Assembly (NCBI GenBank): GCA_945787155.1 | Contig: CALZHD010000003.1 | Location: 2,455 to 66,454 of the forward strand | Origin: an uncultured Gammaproteobacteria bacterium | Lineage (GTDB): Bacteria > Pseudomonadota > Gammaproteobacteria > SZUA-140 | Direction: 5' to 3' | Length of the DNA: 64,000 nucleotides | Shown: piece after piece, positions 53,585 through 64,000 of the stretch | Numbering within the stretch: the stretch's first letter is position 1 | Layout: each line of letters starts with the position of its first letter | Made by a program: the position numbers and the translations under genes | Notes under the pieces: generated by a model | Told to the model about the DNA's origin: nothing | Database searches by the model: none | What the model saw: only the letters and a program-made list of their open reading frames with translations

Positions 53585-55147
53585 ATGAACTCCACAACAA
53601 AAACAACAAGATGTAGACCCGTCACATTGATAATTATGGATGGGTGGGGCGTCAGCAAAGCTACTGACAATAACGCGATACTTCAGGCAAAAACACCAAA
53701 CTGGGACAAACTGTGGGTCAAACACCCTCACACCCTGATTCACGGCTCTGGCAACAAAGTCGGCTTGCCCGCAAACCAGATGGGGAACTCCGAGGTTGGC
53801 CATCTCAATCTTGGTGCTGGTCGCGTTGTCCATCAGGAGCTAACGCGCATCGACCAGGCGATTGAAGATGGCAGCTTTTTCGAAAACGAAGTGCTCACCG
53901 GCGCTATCGATCAAGCGATCACAAACGACAAAGCAGTCCATATTATGGGGCTTCTCTCTAATGGCGGCGTCCATAGTCACGAATCACAGATCAAGGCAGC
54001 GTTGACACTTGCGATAGATCGAGGCGCGAAAAAGGTCTATCTGCACGCCTTTCTTGATGGCCGCGATACGCCACCCAAAAGCGCATCATCGTGGCTCGCA
54101 GAAATAGACGCGCTCTTTGCTGCAAATAACCACTCTGGACGTATCGCCACCATTATTGGACGATTTTTTGCGCTGGATCGTGATCATCGCTGGGAGCGCA
54201 CCCAGGCCGCCTACGAATTAATGACACAGGGCAAATCAGCTTTCCAGGCCAACACAGCGCTCGAAGGACTGGAGGCTGCCTATCAGCGTGACGAAACCGA
54301 TGAATTTGTACAAGCTACGACGATTATCCCTGAAGGAGAAGAGGCCGCTCGGGTCGAGTCAGGTGATACCTTAATTTTTATGAACTTCCGGGCCGACCGG
54401 GCCAGACAAATCTCTCAAGCCTTCGCCGAAACCGAGTTCTCCGGCTTTGCCATGGTTGACAGGCCTCAACTTGGCGCCTACATCAGTCTTACCGAATATA
54501 AAAAGAACCTCGAAACGCGTATCGCCTTCCCTCCGACACGCCTGAAAAACGTTCTGGGTGAATATATTGCGGCTCAGGGGCTGCGGCAACTGCGCATCTC
54601 TGAAACCGAGAAATATGCCCATGTCACCTTCTTTTTCAATGGCGGTGAGGAGCGCGCGTTCGAGGGTGAAGAACGTATTTTAATCGAATCACCCAAAGTG
54701 AAAACCTACGACCTGCAACCAGAGATGAGTGCGATAGAACTAACCGATAAACTGGTCGACGCCATCGCCAGTGGCAAATTCGATACCATCATCTGTAACT
54801 ACGCAAACCCCGACATGGTTGGGCATACCGGTAACCTCAACGCCACCATCAAGGCGATCGAGACCATCGATAGCTGTCTTGCACGCGTCCATCAAGCAAT
54901 CACTGCTGCAGGTGGCGAACTGTTGATCACCGCCGATCACGGCAATGCAGAAAAGATGCGCGATGAGGCAACCGGGCAAGCTCACACGGCCCATACATCA
55001 AACCCGGTACCATTGCTCTATATTGGCCGTGACGCCAGCATCACAGATGACGGCAGCCTGTCAGACATTGCGCCCACCATGCTCTATTTAATGGGGCTGG
55101 AACAACCCGCCGAGATGACAGGTCACTCGCTACTGCAGCTGAAGTAG
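53585..55147 (+). CDS. gpmI: 2,3-bisphosphoglycerate-independent phosphoglycerate mutase
   Basis: 520 aa with full-length iPGM similarity ([12 protein letters not shown]...). Confidence 0.95.
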   Translation: MNSTTKTTRCRPVTLIIMDGWGVSKATDNNAILQAKTPNWDKLWVKHPHTLIHGSGNKVGLPANQMGNSEVGHLNLGAGRVVHQELTRIDQAIEDGSFFENEVLTGAIDQAITNDKAVHIMGLLSNGGVHSHESQIKAALTLAIDRGAKKVYLHAFLDGRDTPPKSASSWLAEIDALFAANNHSGRIATIIGRFFALDRDHRWERTQAAYELMTQGKSAFQANTALEGLEAAYQRDETDEFVQATTIIPEGEEAARVESGDTLIFMNFRADRARQISQAFAETEFSGFAMVDRPQLGAYISLTEYKKNLETRIAFPPTRLKNVLGEYIAAQGLRQLRISETEKYAHVTFFFNGGEERAFEGEERILIESPKVKTYDLQPEMSAIELTDKLVDAIASGKFDTIICNYANPDMVGHTGNLNATIKAIETIDSCLARVHQAITAAGGELLITADHGNAEKMRDEATGQAHTAHTSNPVPLLYIGRDASITDDGSLSDIAPTMLYLMGLEQPAEMTGHSLLQLK

Positions 55148-55184
55148 CGAGTGTAGTATCCTGAAGGTTCATCTCTTTCAGGAC

Positions 55185-56378
55185 ATGACAGAAAAGGTGC
55201 GCATTCCACGCTCAAGAAGATTGGCCATCGTCGTTGTGACGCTTTCGCTCGCCTCATTATTATCGCTTGCACCCGGCCAGTCACTTTTGGCCGACGATGC
55301 AACGCTATCCAAAGAAGCAAAGCTACAACAGTTAAAAAAACAGATCCGCGACGTACGCAACACGCTGACAAAATCAACCAGCCAAAAAAACAGACTCCAG
55401 CTTAAACTGCGAAAAAGCGAAATGGCGATCGGCAAGATAAGCCTGTCAATCACAAAACTCGCCTCACAACTCAAACAACAGAGGCGTGAACTACAGACAC
55501 GCCAGCAAGAGAAAAAGCATAAATCGAGCGAACTCAATCAACAACAACAGCTATTGGCGCAACAGATCCGCGCCAGCTACGCGATGGGAAACCAGGGCTA
55601 CGCAAAGATCCTCCTCAACCAGGAAGATCCATCGGCCATCGGTCGCACCCTTATCTATTACGACTACCTGAACCAGTCCAGGACGCGCAGCATCAAAACC
55701 ATTGATGAGCGTATTGAGGCGCTCTCTCGCCTTGAAAGCGAGATTCTGCACAAACAGCAGCAGATTCAGACGGCACAACAGCAACAAAAAAAGGAAAAGG
55801 CCTCGCTAGAGGAAAAGCGACGCTCACGTCAGCAAGTCCTCACCAATATCGAAAAGGATATCAAGAACCAGGCACAGCGCCTGGTACAACTCGAAGAGGC
55901 TCGCAAAGTGCTTGAAGCACTCTTAGCATCACTGAGCGAGGCGCTGGCCGACATCCCTCCCGACGCGGGTGATATCAAACCCTTTCGTCAACTCAAAGGT
56001 AAACTCACCTACCCTGCAAATGGACGCATGAAAAATTACTTTGGTAAACGTCGCAAGGGTGGCAATCTCAAATGGCAGGGGGTCGTCATCAATGCCAGGG
56101 CAGGCGCGCACGTGAATGCAGTCCATCATGGGCGTATCGCCTTTTCAGACTGGCTCAGAGGATTTGGCCTGCTGGTGATCATCGATCATGGCGATGGCTA
56201 CATGACGCTTTATGGACATAATGAAAGCTTATTCAAAGATGTCGGTGAATGGGTTGAAACAGGGGAGGCGATCGCCACTGTCGGCGAGAGTGGCGGACAA
56301 AGCAATGCCGGTCTCTATTTCGAGATCCGTAAAAATGGCAAACCACTCAATCCACGACCATGGCTGGCACGTAAATAA
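55185..56378 (+). CDS. envC: Murein hydrolase activator EnvC-like (coiled coil + LytM/M23 domain)
   Basis: 397 aa with a signal peptide, a long Gln/Lys-rich coiled coil and a C-terminal M23 domain. The gpmI-envC linkage matches E. coli and Pseudomonas. Confidence 0.85.
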   Translation: MTEKVRIPRSRRLAIVVVTLSLASLLSLAPGQSLLADDATLSKEAKLQQLKKQIRDVRNTLTKSTSQKNRLQLKLRKSEMAIGKISLSITKLASQLKQQRRELQTRQQEKKHKSSELNQQQQLLAQQIRASYAMGNQGYAKILLNQEDPSAIGRTLIYYDYLNQSRTRSIKTIDERIEALSRLESEILHKQQQIQTAQQQQKKEKASLEEKRRSRQQVLTNIEKDIKNQAQRLVQLEEARKVLEALLASLSEALADIPPDAGDIKPFRQLKGKLTYPANGRMKNYFGKRRKGGNLKWQGVVINARAGAHVNAVHHGRIAFSDWLRGFGLLVIIDHGDGYMTLYGHNESLFKDVGEWVETGEAIATVGESGGQSNAGLYFEIRKNGKPLNPRPWLARK

Positions 56379-56477
56379 CAGCGTACTTCGGCCGGTGAAA
56401 ACATGGCGAAAACGGTGATTTCTGATAAAGTTACCGCTGCTGACGCCGAAACAAAATCAATGGAGTGGAATATATCA

Positions 56478-57788
56478 ATGCTATCTAAAACACGTAATGT
56501 CCTACTGTTACTTATGGGACTGGCACTAGGCGTCTCCCTCACTATCGGCCAGAGCGTATTTGCAGAGCGTGACAATAGCGATGCCAACGCGCTACCACTC
56601 GAAGAGCTGCGCGCTTTCACTGAAGTGTTTGCTAACATCAAAAACAATTACGTAGAAGAGGCCACCGACAAAGAGCTATTAGAAAACGCGATTCGCGGCA
56701 TGCTCTCCGGACTTGACCCTCACTCAGCTTATCTCGATACCGATGCCTACAAAGAACTACAGGTCGGCACTTCAGGTGAATTCGGCGGCCTCGGCATTGA
56801 GGTCAGCATGGAGGATGGCTTCGTCAAGGTCGTTGCGCCGATCGATGACACCCCAGCGGATCGTGCCGGTGTTAAGGCGGGCGACCTGGTGATCCGCCTT
56901 GATGATACCCCAGTGAAAGGACTCACACTGCGTGAGGCCGTCACAATTATGCGAGGCAAGCCCGGGAGTGACATCCTGCTGACCATCGTTCGCGATGGTG
57001 TCGACAAACCCCTTAAAATCACCATTACTCGCGCCATCATCCAGGTAAAGAGCGTCAAACATAGAAGTCTGGAGCCAGGTTTTGGCTATATTCGCATCAC
57101 CCAGTTTCAATCACACACCGGCACTAACCTCAAAGAGGCGATCAGCGAACTGAAGCAAGAGTATGATGGCAACATGAAGGGGATGATTCTCGATCTGCGC
57201 AACAATCCCGGCGGGGTTTTAAATGCTGCGGTCGAGGTATCAGATGCATTTCTGGAAGAGGGCTTAATCGTCTACACCGAAGGGCGCATCGACGATTCAG
57301 CGCTCAAGTTCAAGGCAACCCCCAATGACGCACTAAAAGGAGCGCCGCTAGTCGTGCTAATCAACAGCGGCTCAGCCTCCGCCTCCGAGATTGTGGCAGG
57401 TGCACTACAGGATCATAAACGTGCCGTGATTATGGGCAGTAAATCGTTTGGAAAAGGCTCAGTGCAAACAATCTTACCGATGAACAACGGTGCGGCACTC
57501 AAACTGACGACGGCTCGTTACTACACACCGGCCGGGCGTTCAATTCAGGCGGAAGGCATCGTACCCGACATCCCGCTCGACCGTATTAACCTGACGGCTG
57601 CCAACGAGCCGGAGTTTGAGCCGGTAACCGAAGCGGATCTCGCAGGACACCTGGACAACGGTAAGGGTGATAAAAACAGTGATGAAGAGCAGGCTAAAGA
57701 CGAGGAGACAAAACAGTCCATTAGCAAGGACTACCAGCTTTTTGAAGCGCTCAATCTTCTGAAAGGACTGCACATCCTTACCCAGTGA
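56478..57788 (+). CDS. ctpA: Carboxy-terminal processing protease (S41), CtpA-like
   Basis: Start set at MLSKTRNVLLLLMGLALGVSL (signal peptide). PDZ plus S41 catalytic domain (GSASASEI...KGS). Confidence 0.85.
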   Translation: MLSKTRNVLLLLMGLALGVSLTIGQSVFAERDNSDANALPLEELRAFTEVFANIKNNYVEEATDKELLENAIRGMLSGLDPHSAYLDTDAYKELQVGTSGEFGGLGIEVSMEDGFVKVVAPIDDTPADRAGVKAGDLVIRLDDTPVKGLTLREAVTIMRGKPGSDILLTIVRDGVDKPLKITITRAIIQVKSVKHRSLEPGFGYIRITQFQSHTGTNLKEAISELKQEYDGNMKGMILDLRNNPGGVLNAAVEVSDAFLEEGLIVYTEGRIDDSALKFKATPNDALKGAPLVVLINSGSASASEIVAGALQDHKRAVIMGSKSFGKGSVQTILPMNNGAALKLTTARYYTPAGRSIQAEGIVPDIPLDRINLTAANEPEFEPVTEADLAGHLDNGKGDKNSDEEQAKDEETKQSISKDYQLFEALNLLKGLHILTQ

Positions 57789-57822
57789 TGGTGAGCATGC
57801 AGAGAGCAGCACTGAATAGCGC

Positions 57823-58716
57823 ATGATTACCCAACGCCTCACGCTGATACTACTGCTTTTTATCACCGCCATCGCTCCGGGGGTGACAAGCGAAGCAAAG
57901 CTCGGTTTTGATCGCGCCACCCCGGTCAATATCCAGCAACCGTTACCTGCGATCAGTATCATCATCGATGACCTCGGTCAACAGCTAGCCGCTGGAGAAC
58001 GCGCCGTCGCACTACCCGGCAATATCACCTATGCATTCCTGCCGCATACCAGCCATGCAGCTCAACTCGCCAAGCTGGCTCACCAGCAGGATAAAGAGGT
58101 GATGATACATATGCCGATGCAGGCCATTGGCGAAAACAATCTGGGCAAAGGCGGCCTCACGCTCGACATGTCACAGCAACATTTTCTCACCACGTTAAAA
58201 GAAAACCTTAACGCGATACCGCATATCAGCGGCATTAACAATCACATGGGCAGCCTTCTGACGCAACACCCCGGCCATATGACCTGGCTCATGACGGCAC
58301 TCAGTGAACGCAACGACCTATTTTTTGTCGACAGCCGCACCACCGAACATACCGTCGCTTACCAAATCGCCGCTGAATATAAAATTCCAAGAATCAATCG
58401 CAACGTTTTTCTCGACAACATACGCAGTGAAACAGCGATCAGCAGACAGTTTGAGCACCTGATAACGCTCGCAAAACGTAACGGCACCGCCATGGCCATT
58501 GGCCACCCCTACCCTGAGACCATCGCATTTCTTGAGCAGATATTACCCACCCTCAGGCAACAGGGTGTTGAGTTGATCAAAACATCAGGACTTATCAAAC
58601 GCAAACAATTATTAGAGATCACCATTCCACAATCCATGTTTGCGGCACAAGAAATTAACAGCGGAGCAGATCGGCCACCAGCGGATGGCTCACCACAAAC
58701 TTCTATCATTCAATAA
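57823..58716 (+). CDS. Divergent polysaccharide deacetylase family protein (YibQ-like)
   Basis: 297 aa with a signal peptide and the conserved IIIDDLG and HMP motifs; the envC-ctpA-yibQ arrangement matches Pseudomonas. Confidence 0.8.
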   Translation: MITQRLTLILLLFITAIAPGVTSEAKLGFDRATPVNIQQPLPAISIIIDDLGQQLAAGERAVALPGNITYAFLPHTSHAAQLAKLAHQQDKEVMIHMPMQAIGENNLGKGGLTLDMSQQHFLTTLKENLNAIPHISGINNHMGSLLTQHPGHMTWLMTALSERNDLFFVDSRTTEHTVAYQIAAEYKIPRINRNVFLDNIRSETAISRQFEHLITLAKRNGTAMAIGHPYPETIAFLEQILPTLRQQGVELIKTSGLIKRKQLLEITIPQSMFAAQEINSGADRPPADGSPQTSIIQ

Positions 58717-58743
58717 AAAAGCTCAAGGTAGCGGGGAGCTGAT

Positions 58744-59292
58744 ATGCCAACAGTACTTGTTCCACTGGCGCAGGGCTGCGAAGAACTCGAAGCCGTGACC
58801 ATCATCGATCTACTACGCCGCGCTGCAATCACTGTCATCACTGCAGGCCTTGATCCACAACCCGTCATTGCCAGCCGTGGCACTGTGCTGCTGCCTGACA
58901 CCACGCTGGCAACGGTACAATCACAACCACTCGACATGATAGCGCTACCCGGCGGCCTGCCAGGCGCAGACAATCTAAATAACGACCCAAAGATTCACAC
59001 CCTGCTGCAACAGGTGGCTAATCAGGGAAAACATGTTGCTGCCATCTGCGCAGCACCCAGGGTGCTGCTCTCTGCAGGATTGCTGCATGAAAAACGTATC
59101 ACCTGCTATCCTGGCTCGCTGGACAAACTCGATTGCAGTGGCGTCACGATAACATCGGATGCCATCGTCATCGACGACAACATCATCACCTCACGCGGAC
59201 CCGGTACCGCGATGGACTTTGCGTTAACATTAATTGAGACCCTCGCTGGCGCAGCAAAACGCCATGAGGTAGAAAAAGGGCTCGCGCGCTAA
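58744..59292 (+). CDS. DJ-1/PfpI-family protein (YajL/ThiJ-like)
   Basis: 182 aa with a nucleophile-elbow Cys (AAICAAP). Confidence 0.85.
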   Translation: MPTVLVPLAQGCEELEAVTIIDLLRRAAITVITAGLDPQPVIASRGTVLLPDTTLATVQSQPLDMIALPGGLPGADNLNNDPKIHTLLQQVANQGKHVAAICAAPRVLLSAGLLHEKRITCYPGSLDKLDCSGVTITSDAIVIDDNIITSRGPGTAMDFALTLIETLAGAAKRHEVEKGLAR

Positions 59293-59307
59293 CGAACTCG
59301 GATTGAT

Positions 59308-60978
59308 TTAATCGCCGAGTTCATCGCGTGGCCACGCAAACATCAACACCACAAAACCAACGCCACCCAGTAGCCAGGACATCAATGGCGCATCGCCCAC
59401 CATTGCTGGCGAATAACCATCCAGCCCCAGCAAAACTGCGGCACTAATGATCAAAGCGCTACCTACAATTGCAGCAAAGGTACGCCGATTTGAATCAAGC
59501 ATCGTGCGCTCGATCTTACGCAGTTCCTGTGACTGCCACTCAATCTTCAGCTCACCATCGCGCGCCTGCTGTAACACCTCGTGCAGCAACAGCGGCATCT
59601 CCGGCAGTTTATCGAGCCACAGCGGCGCATTACGTTTCATCGAACTGACAAAGGCACGACCCCCGATATTTTCACTCATCCAGCGCTCAAGAAATGGTTT
59701 TGCAGTCTGCCATAGATCAAGCTCTGGATAGAGCTGTCGCCCCAGCCCTTCAATATTCAATAATGTTTTTTGCAACAGCACCAACTGCGGCTGCACCTCC
59801 ATATTGAAACGGCGCGCGGTCTGAAACAGGCGCAACAACAGTCGACCAAACGAGATATCTTTCAACGGCCGTTCAAAGATCGGCTCACAGACACTGCGGA
59901 TTGCCGACTCAAACTCATCAACCCGTGTCCCCTTCGGTACCCATTCGGACTGCACATGCAGCTCTGCAACACGACGATAGTCGCGATTAAAAAAAGCGAG
60001 AAAATTCTCCGCAAGGTAGTGTTGATCTTCTGGACTCAACGTCCCCATAATGCCAAAGTCGATCGCAATGTACTGCCCCTCCGGCGAAACAAAAATATTA
60101 CCAGGGTGCATATCTGCATGAAAAAAATTGTGTTTAAAGACCTGCGTAAAGAAAATCTCAACACCGGTTTCTGATAGCTTTTGCAGATCGATATCCTGTC
60201 GACGCAACGCCTCGATATCACTGATTGGCGTCCCGGAGATACGCTCCATCACCATCACATTGCGTCGTGTCTGCGGCCAGTAGACCTCTGGCACATAGAG
60301 CATATCACTGCCGGAAAAATTACGTCGCAACTGTGACGCACTGGCAGCCTCTTTGATTAGATCAAGCTCGTCGTAGATGGTCTTTTCATATTCTGTCACC
60401 ACTTCACGTGGACGCAGGCGTTTCCCCTCAGACCAGTAACGCTCCGCCATATCAGCCATAACATAGAGCAGGCCAAGATCACGCTTAATGATTTTTTTGA
60501 TCCCCGGGCGCACCACTTTAACGATCACCTGTTTTCCATCCAGCAGCGTGGCCACATGCACCTGCGCAATCGATGCGGACGCCAACGGCTGTTCATCGAA
60601 TGACAAAAAGACTTTATTCAGCGGCTGCCCATAGGCCTCTTCAATAATATGGCGCGCCTCGCTACCGGGAAACGGACTGACGTTATCCTGTAGCTTGGCC
60701 AGCTCATCGGCAATATCATCGGGCAGTAGATCTTTGCGTGTCGATAAAATCTGCCCAAACTTTACAAAGATCGGACCAAGATCTTCGAGCGTACGTCGCA
60801 TGCGCACCGCGTGGGGAGCGCGCGCGCCACGGCGGAACCAGTTCCACGGCAACAGATACAACATGAAACGAAACGGACGAAACAGGTGCATCTCCAGCAC
60901 CACCTCGTCGAGCCCATGTTTAACCAGAATACGATTGATATACAGCAGGCGAAAAACCTGGCCAGGTCTGATGATCAC
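59308..60978 (-). CDS. ubiB: Ubiquinone biosynthesis protein kinase-like UbiB
   Basis: 556 aa, collinear with E. coli UbiB (ABC1/ADCK kinase-like fold plus a C-terminal TM). Confidence 0.9.
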   Translation of the reverse strand: MIIRPGQVFRLLYINRILVKHGLDEVVLEMHLFRPFRFMLYLLPWNWFRRGARAPHAVRMRRTLEDLGPIFVKFGQILSTRKDLLPDDIADELAKLQDNVSPFPGSEARHIIEEAYGQPLNKVFLSFDEQPLASASIAQVHVATLLDGKQVIVKVVRPGIKKIIKRDLGLLYVMADMAERYWSEGKRLRPREVVTEYEKTIYDELDLIKEAASASQLRRNFSGSDMLYVPEVYWPQTRRNVMVMERISGTPISDIEALRRQDIDLQKLSETGVEIFFTQVFKHNFFHADMHPGNIFVSPEGQYIAIDFGIMGTLSPEDQHYLAENFLAFFNRDYRRVAELHVQSEWVPKGTRVDEFESAIRSVCEPIFERPLKDISFGRLLLRLFQTARRFNMEVQPQLVLLQKTLLNIEGLGRQLYPELDLWQTAKPFLERWMSENIGGRAFVSSMKRNAPLWLDKLPEMPLLLHEVLQQARDGELKIEWQSQELRKIERTMLDSNRRTFAAIVGSALIISAAVLLGLDGYSPAMVGDAPLMSWLLGGVGFVVLMFAWPRDELGD

Positions 60979-61607
60979 TCAGCCTCTCCTCGCTGAGTTA
61001 ACAGGCGCTGCACACGCGCCTCAATGCGATCGACATCACCACGCAACGTATCAACGGCTTCCAGAAACGGGCCAATCTCTTCACGATGTGGCAATAAACG
61101 ACTCTCTTCCTGTAGATATTCACTGATGTCCTGCTCGACGGTAGTGCGCGTCTGCGTTGCCCAGTCGGCCACACCCCTGACCACATTACCGATTTTATGC
61201 CCGACCACATCGCCCACCAGTTTCGACAACTGCTCTTCCCAGTCAAGTTCAAGATCATTCATAATGTCGCGCACACGCTGTCCGGTCTCGGTATCGCCAA
61301 CAATCTCGACATCACCGGAGAACAGTGCCTTTTGCTGATCACCACCCAGCCCCATACGCATCATCGATAGTGGCGCACCACGCAACCAGACATCAACCAC
61401 ACCATGATGCTCGCCTCGCAACTGCAAGCCGACACTATCAGGCAACAGATAGAACTTCAGATTCACGCCCTGCAGCTCCACTCCAATCACTTTACCGCTA
61501 AGACCACGCACCCGGTGCAATGCGTCAGGATCAAGCTGAAGGCACTGATTGATCGCCGCCTCAAGCGTAGAAAAAGAGGTAGACTTGATCGATGATGTGA
61601 TGCTCAT
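60975..61607 (-). CDS. ubiJ: Ubiquinone biosynthesis accessory factor UbiJ (SCP2 domain)
   Basis: 210 aa with an SCP2-like N-terminal domain; a 4-bp overlap with ubiB, in the ubiE-ubiJ-ubiB order. Confidence 0.8.
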   Translation of the reverse strand: MSITSSIKSTSFSTLEAAINQCLQLDPDALHRVRGLSGKVIGVELQGVNLKFYLLPDSVGLQLRGEHHGVVDVWLRGAPLSMMRMGLGGDQQKALFSGDVEIVGDTETGQRVRDIMNDLELDWEEQLSKLVGDVVGHKIGNVVRGVADWATQTRTTVEQDISEYLQEESRLLPHREEIGPFLEAVDTLRGDVDRIEARVQRLLTQRGEAE

Positions 61608-61649
61608 TATAGATAACCCTATCGAAGTAGCGCCCGGAATAAAGCAGTA

Positions 61650-62423
61650 TTAGAGTTTATAGCCCTTATGCAAGGCTACGATGCCGCCACTCATATTCAT
61701 AAACTCACAACGTTCAAAACCAGCGCCTTCCATCATCTCCTTCAGGGTTTGCTGATCCGGGTGCATGCGAATTGACTCGGCAAGATAACGATAGCTATCT
61801 TCATCATTGGCAATCAACTTCCCCATCAACGGCAGCAGCTTAAATGAATAAGCATCATAGATCGGTTTGAGTGCATCCATCGGTTTAGAAAACTCCAGCA
61901 CCATCAGGCGGCCACCCGGCTTCAGCACGCGATAGAGCGAGGCCAACGCCGCTTCTTTATGTGTGACATTGCGTAGGCCAAACGCAATGCTGGCAAAATT
62001 AAAATGGTTATCGGGAAATGGTAGCGCCTCGGCATTCGCCTGCACATATTCGATGTTGCCAACAATGCCACGATCGGTGAGACGCTCGCGCCCCACTTTC
62101 AACATATTGGCATTGATATCAGATGCCACCACCGTTCCCTTCGGCCCCACCATCTTTGAAAAGCGTGCCGCAAGATCGCCGGTGCCAGAGGCAAGGTCCA
62201 GCACCTTGTGAGCGGGGCGCACTCCGCTGGTATCCAACGCCACTTTTTTCCAGATGCGATGCACGCCCATCGACATCACATCGTTCATGATGTCGTAGCT
62301 CTTCGCTACTGAATCAAAGACACCGGCAACACGACGCACCTTGTCTTTGACATCAACCTCTTCATAACCGAAGTGAGTGGTACCATCTCCCGCCTTATTA
62401 GACGCGGTGTGTTTATCTGTCAT
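61650..62423 (-). CDS. ubiE: Ubiquinone/menaquinone C-methyltransferase
   Basis: 257 aa with a SAM-binding motif ([10 protein letters not shown]) and a typical UbiE sequence. Confidence 0.95.
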   Translation of the reverse strand: MTDKHTASNKAGDGTTHFGYEEVDVKDKVRRVAGVFDSVAKSYDIMNDVMSMGVHRIWKKVALDTSGVRPAHKVLDLASGTGDLAARFSKMVGPKGTVVASDINANMLKVGRERLTDRGIVGNIEYVQANAEALPFPDNHFNFASIAFGLRNVTHKEAALASLYRVLKPGGRLMVLEFSKPMDALKPIYDAYSFKLLPLMGKLIANDEDSYRYLAESIRMHPDQQTLKEMMEGAGFERCEFMNMSGGIVALHKGYKL

Positions 62424-62806
62424 GCATCACCTTCTAGCGTCTTACGTTCATGCCCAGCCTCTTTAAGACGTCGTAGATATTCCTGCCACATCGCAGGATG
62501 ATTCTGTCCGATCCGATAGAGGTACTCCCATGAATAAAGGCCTGTATTATGACCATCATCAAAGTGCAATTTCACGGCATAGGCGCCGACCGGTTCAACT
62601 GTGGTAATGTTGACTAACTCTTTACCTATCTGCAATGTCTCCTGTCCCGGCCCGTGGCCTCGAACCTCCGCCGATGGCGAGTAAACCCGCAGGAACTCAC
62701 ACGGCAGACGAAACTCCGCGCCGTTATCAAAGATCACTTCCAGCACCCGTGACTTCTGATGCAGACGAATATCAGTGGGGCGATGTTTTTCTGTTTGTGC
62801 TGTCAT
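62420..62806 (-). CDS. DUF971-family protein (gamma-butyrobetaine-hydroxylase-like N-terminal domain)
   Basis: 128 aa immediately upstream of ubiE, overlapping it by 4 bp. Confidence 0.65.
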   Translation of the reverse strand: MTAQTEKHRPTDIRLHQKSRVLEVIFDNGAEFRLPCEFLRVYSPSAEVRGHGPGQETLQIGKELVNITTVEPVGAYAVKLHFDDGHNTGLYSWEYLYRIGQNHPAMWQEYLRRLKEAGHERKTLEGDA

Positions 62807-62846
62807 CTATCAGGTGCAACCATAGCTATTTCAATATTCTCAACAG

Positions 62847-64000
62847 TTAAAGGATGTAACGACTCAAATCTTCGTCTTCTACCAGCTTGCCGAGATGCTG
62901 CTCGACATAGGCGATGTCAATCGTCACGCTAGTACCGGAAAGATCCGACGCCTCGAACGATAACTGTTCAAGCAGTCGTTCCATCACCGTGTGCAGGCGG
63001 CGTGCGCCGATGTTTTCCGTCGTTTCATTGACCTGCCACGCCACCTCGGCGACACGCGCAATGCCATCCTCGGTAAACACCACACTCAGCCCTTCGGCCT
63101 CAAGCAGTGCATTGTACTGCTCCGTTAGCGATGCATTTGGCTCGGTCAAAATGCGTACAAAGTCATCCACCGATAACGCCGTGAGTTCCACTCGAATCGG
63201 CAAACGCCCCTGCAACTCCGGCACCAGATCAGAGGGTTTGGCGAGGTGAAATGCACCCGAAGCGATAAACAGGATGTGATCAGTTTTAAGCATGCCGTAC
63301 TTGGTTGAAACAGTACAGCCTTCCACCAACGGCAACAGATCGCGCTGCACCCCTTCGCGCGAGACATCACCGCCACTACCACCGCCACTGTCACTGCGTT
63401 TGGTGATCTTGTCGATCTCATCGAGGAAGACGATACCGTGCTGCTCAGCGCGCTCCAGTGCCGCGGCCTTAATCCCTTCTTCATCGAGCAACTTGGCGGC
63501 CTCTTCTTCACGCAACACCTGAAAGGCATCACGGATCGGCAGACGCTGTTTCTTGGTGCGTTGATTGCCCATATTCTGGAACAGCCCCTGCAACTGACTG
63601 CTCATATCTTCCATCCCCGGCGGCGCCATGATCTCTACCCCGACCGCCGCCATGCTCACCTCAATCTCAATCTCTTTATCATCGAGATTACCTTCACGCA
63701 GTTTCTTACGGAATTTTTGACGTGTCGCAGAACTCTCCTCGCTACGATTCACCGTACCGTCGGCACCACGCGCAGGTGGCAACAGGATATCGAGGATACG
63801 TTCTTCGGCCGCATCTTCGGCACGATGCTTCATCTTCTTCATCTCATTTTCGCGCGTCAGCTTAATCGAGACTTCGACCAGATCACGGATAATTGACTCG
63901 ACATCACGGCCGACATAACCCACCTCGGTAAACTTGGTCGCTTCGACCTTGATAAACGGCGCATTCGCAAGCTTCGCCAGGCGACGCGCGATCTCGGTTT
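62847..64000 (-). CDS. hslU: ATP-dependent protease ATPase subunit HslU (C-terminal portion; the N-terminus lies beyond the window)
   Basis: The frame stays open to the window edge. It carries AAA+/ClpX-like motifs and the HslU C-terminus ...EDLSRYIL. Confidence 0.9.
   Translation of the reverse strand, partial: TEIARRLAKLANAPFIKVEATKFTEVGYVGRDVESIIRDLVEVSIKLTRENEMKKMKHRAEDAAEERILDILLPPARGADGTVNRSEESSATRQKFRKKLREGNLDDKEIEIEVSMAAVGVEIMAPPGMEDMSSQLQGLFQNMGNQRTKKQRLPIRDAFQVLREEEAAKLLDEEGIKAAALERAEQHGIVFLDEIDKITKRSDSGGGSGGDVSREGVQRDLLPLVEGCTVSTKYGMLKTDHILFIASGAFHLAKPSDLVPELQGRLPIRVELTALSVDDFVRILTEPNASLTEQYNALLEAEGLSVVFTEDGIARVAEVAWQVNETTENIGARRLHTVMERLLEQLSFEASDLSGTSVTIDIAYVEQHLGKLVEDEDLSRYIL

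Noticed and set aside
63438-63896. 152-aa plus-strand ORF
   Set aside because: Antisense to hslU.

Overview
The window looks like a chromosomal core region of a gammaproteobacterium with moderate GC content. Gene order resembles Pseudomonas, Marinobacter or Oceanospirillales, but the taxon was not confirmed. It is densely packed with housekeeping genes and contains no rRNA, tRNA or CRISPR that I could see.

Gene content in order:
- **1-21.3 kb, minus strand:** an almost contiguous array of hisI (partial), hisF, hisA, hisH, hisB, hisD, hisG, murA, ibaG, mlaB, mlaC, a TolC-family outer-membrane gene, mlaD, mlaE, mlaF, pmbA, tldD, a carbon-nitrogen hydrolase, yhdP, rng and maf.
- **21.5-29.7 kb, plus strand:** the type IV pilus locus pilS, pilR, pilA, pilB, pilC, pilD. 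pilA has a clear sigma-54 promoter and an intrinsic terminator.
- **29.8-40.6 kb, plus strand:** coaE, zapD, yacG, then bioB, bioF, bioH, bioC, bioD and deaD. mutT-thiE-like, a YfaZ-like OMP and comF lie on the minus strand in this stretch.
- **40.7-50.5 kb:** an HDOD signalling protein, a TauE/SafE exporter, an SDR protein, cca, two small DUF genes, a murU / GshA-like ligase / AstE-AspA-like deacylase operon, and a secreted cysteine-containing hypothetical.
- **50.7-64 kb:** gpsA, secB, yibN, arsR, gpmI, envC, ctpA, yibQ, a DJ-1 gene, ubiB, ubiJ, ubiE, a DUF971 gene and hslU (partial).

No obvious defence island, phage or integron is present. The items most worth a second look are:
1. A TolC-like outer-membrane gene translationally embedded inside the mla phospholipid-transport operon.
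2. A 266-bp element with 26-bp terminal inverted repeats that exactly fills the pilS-pilR gap.
3. An uncharacterised operon pairing a glutamate-cysteine-ligase-superfamily enzyme with an M14 AstE/AspA-family hydrolase downstream of murU.
4. A secreted cysteine-rich hypothetical gene that appears AT-richer by eye than its neighbours.
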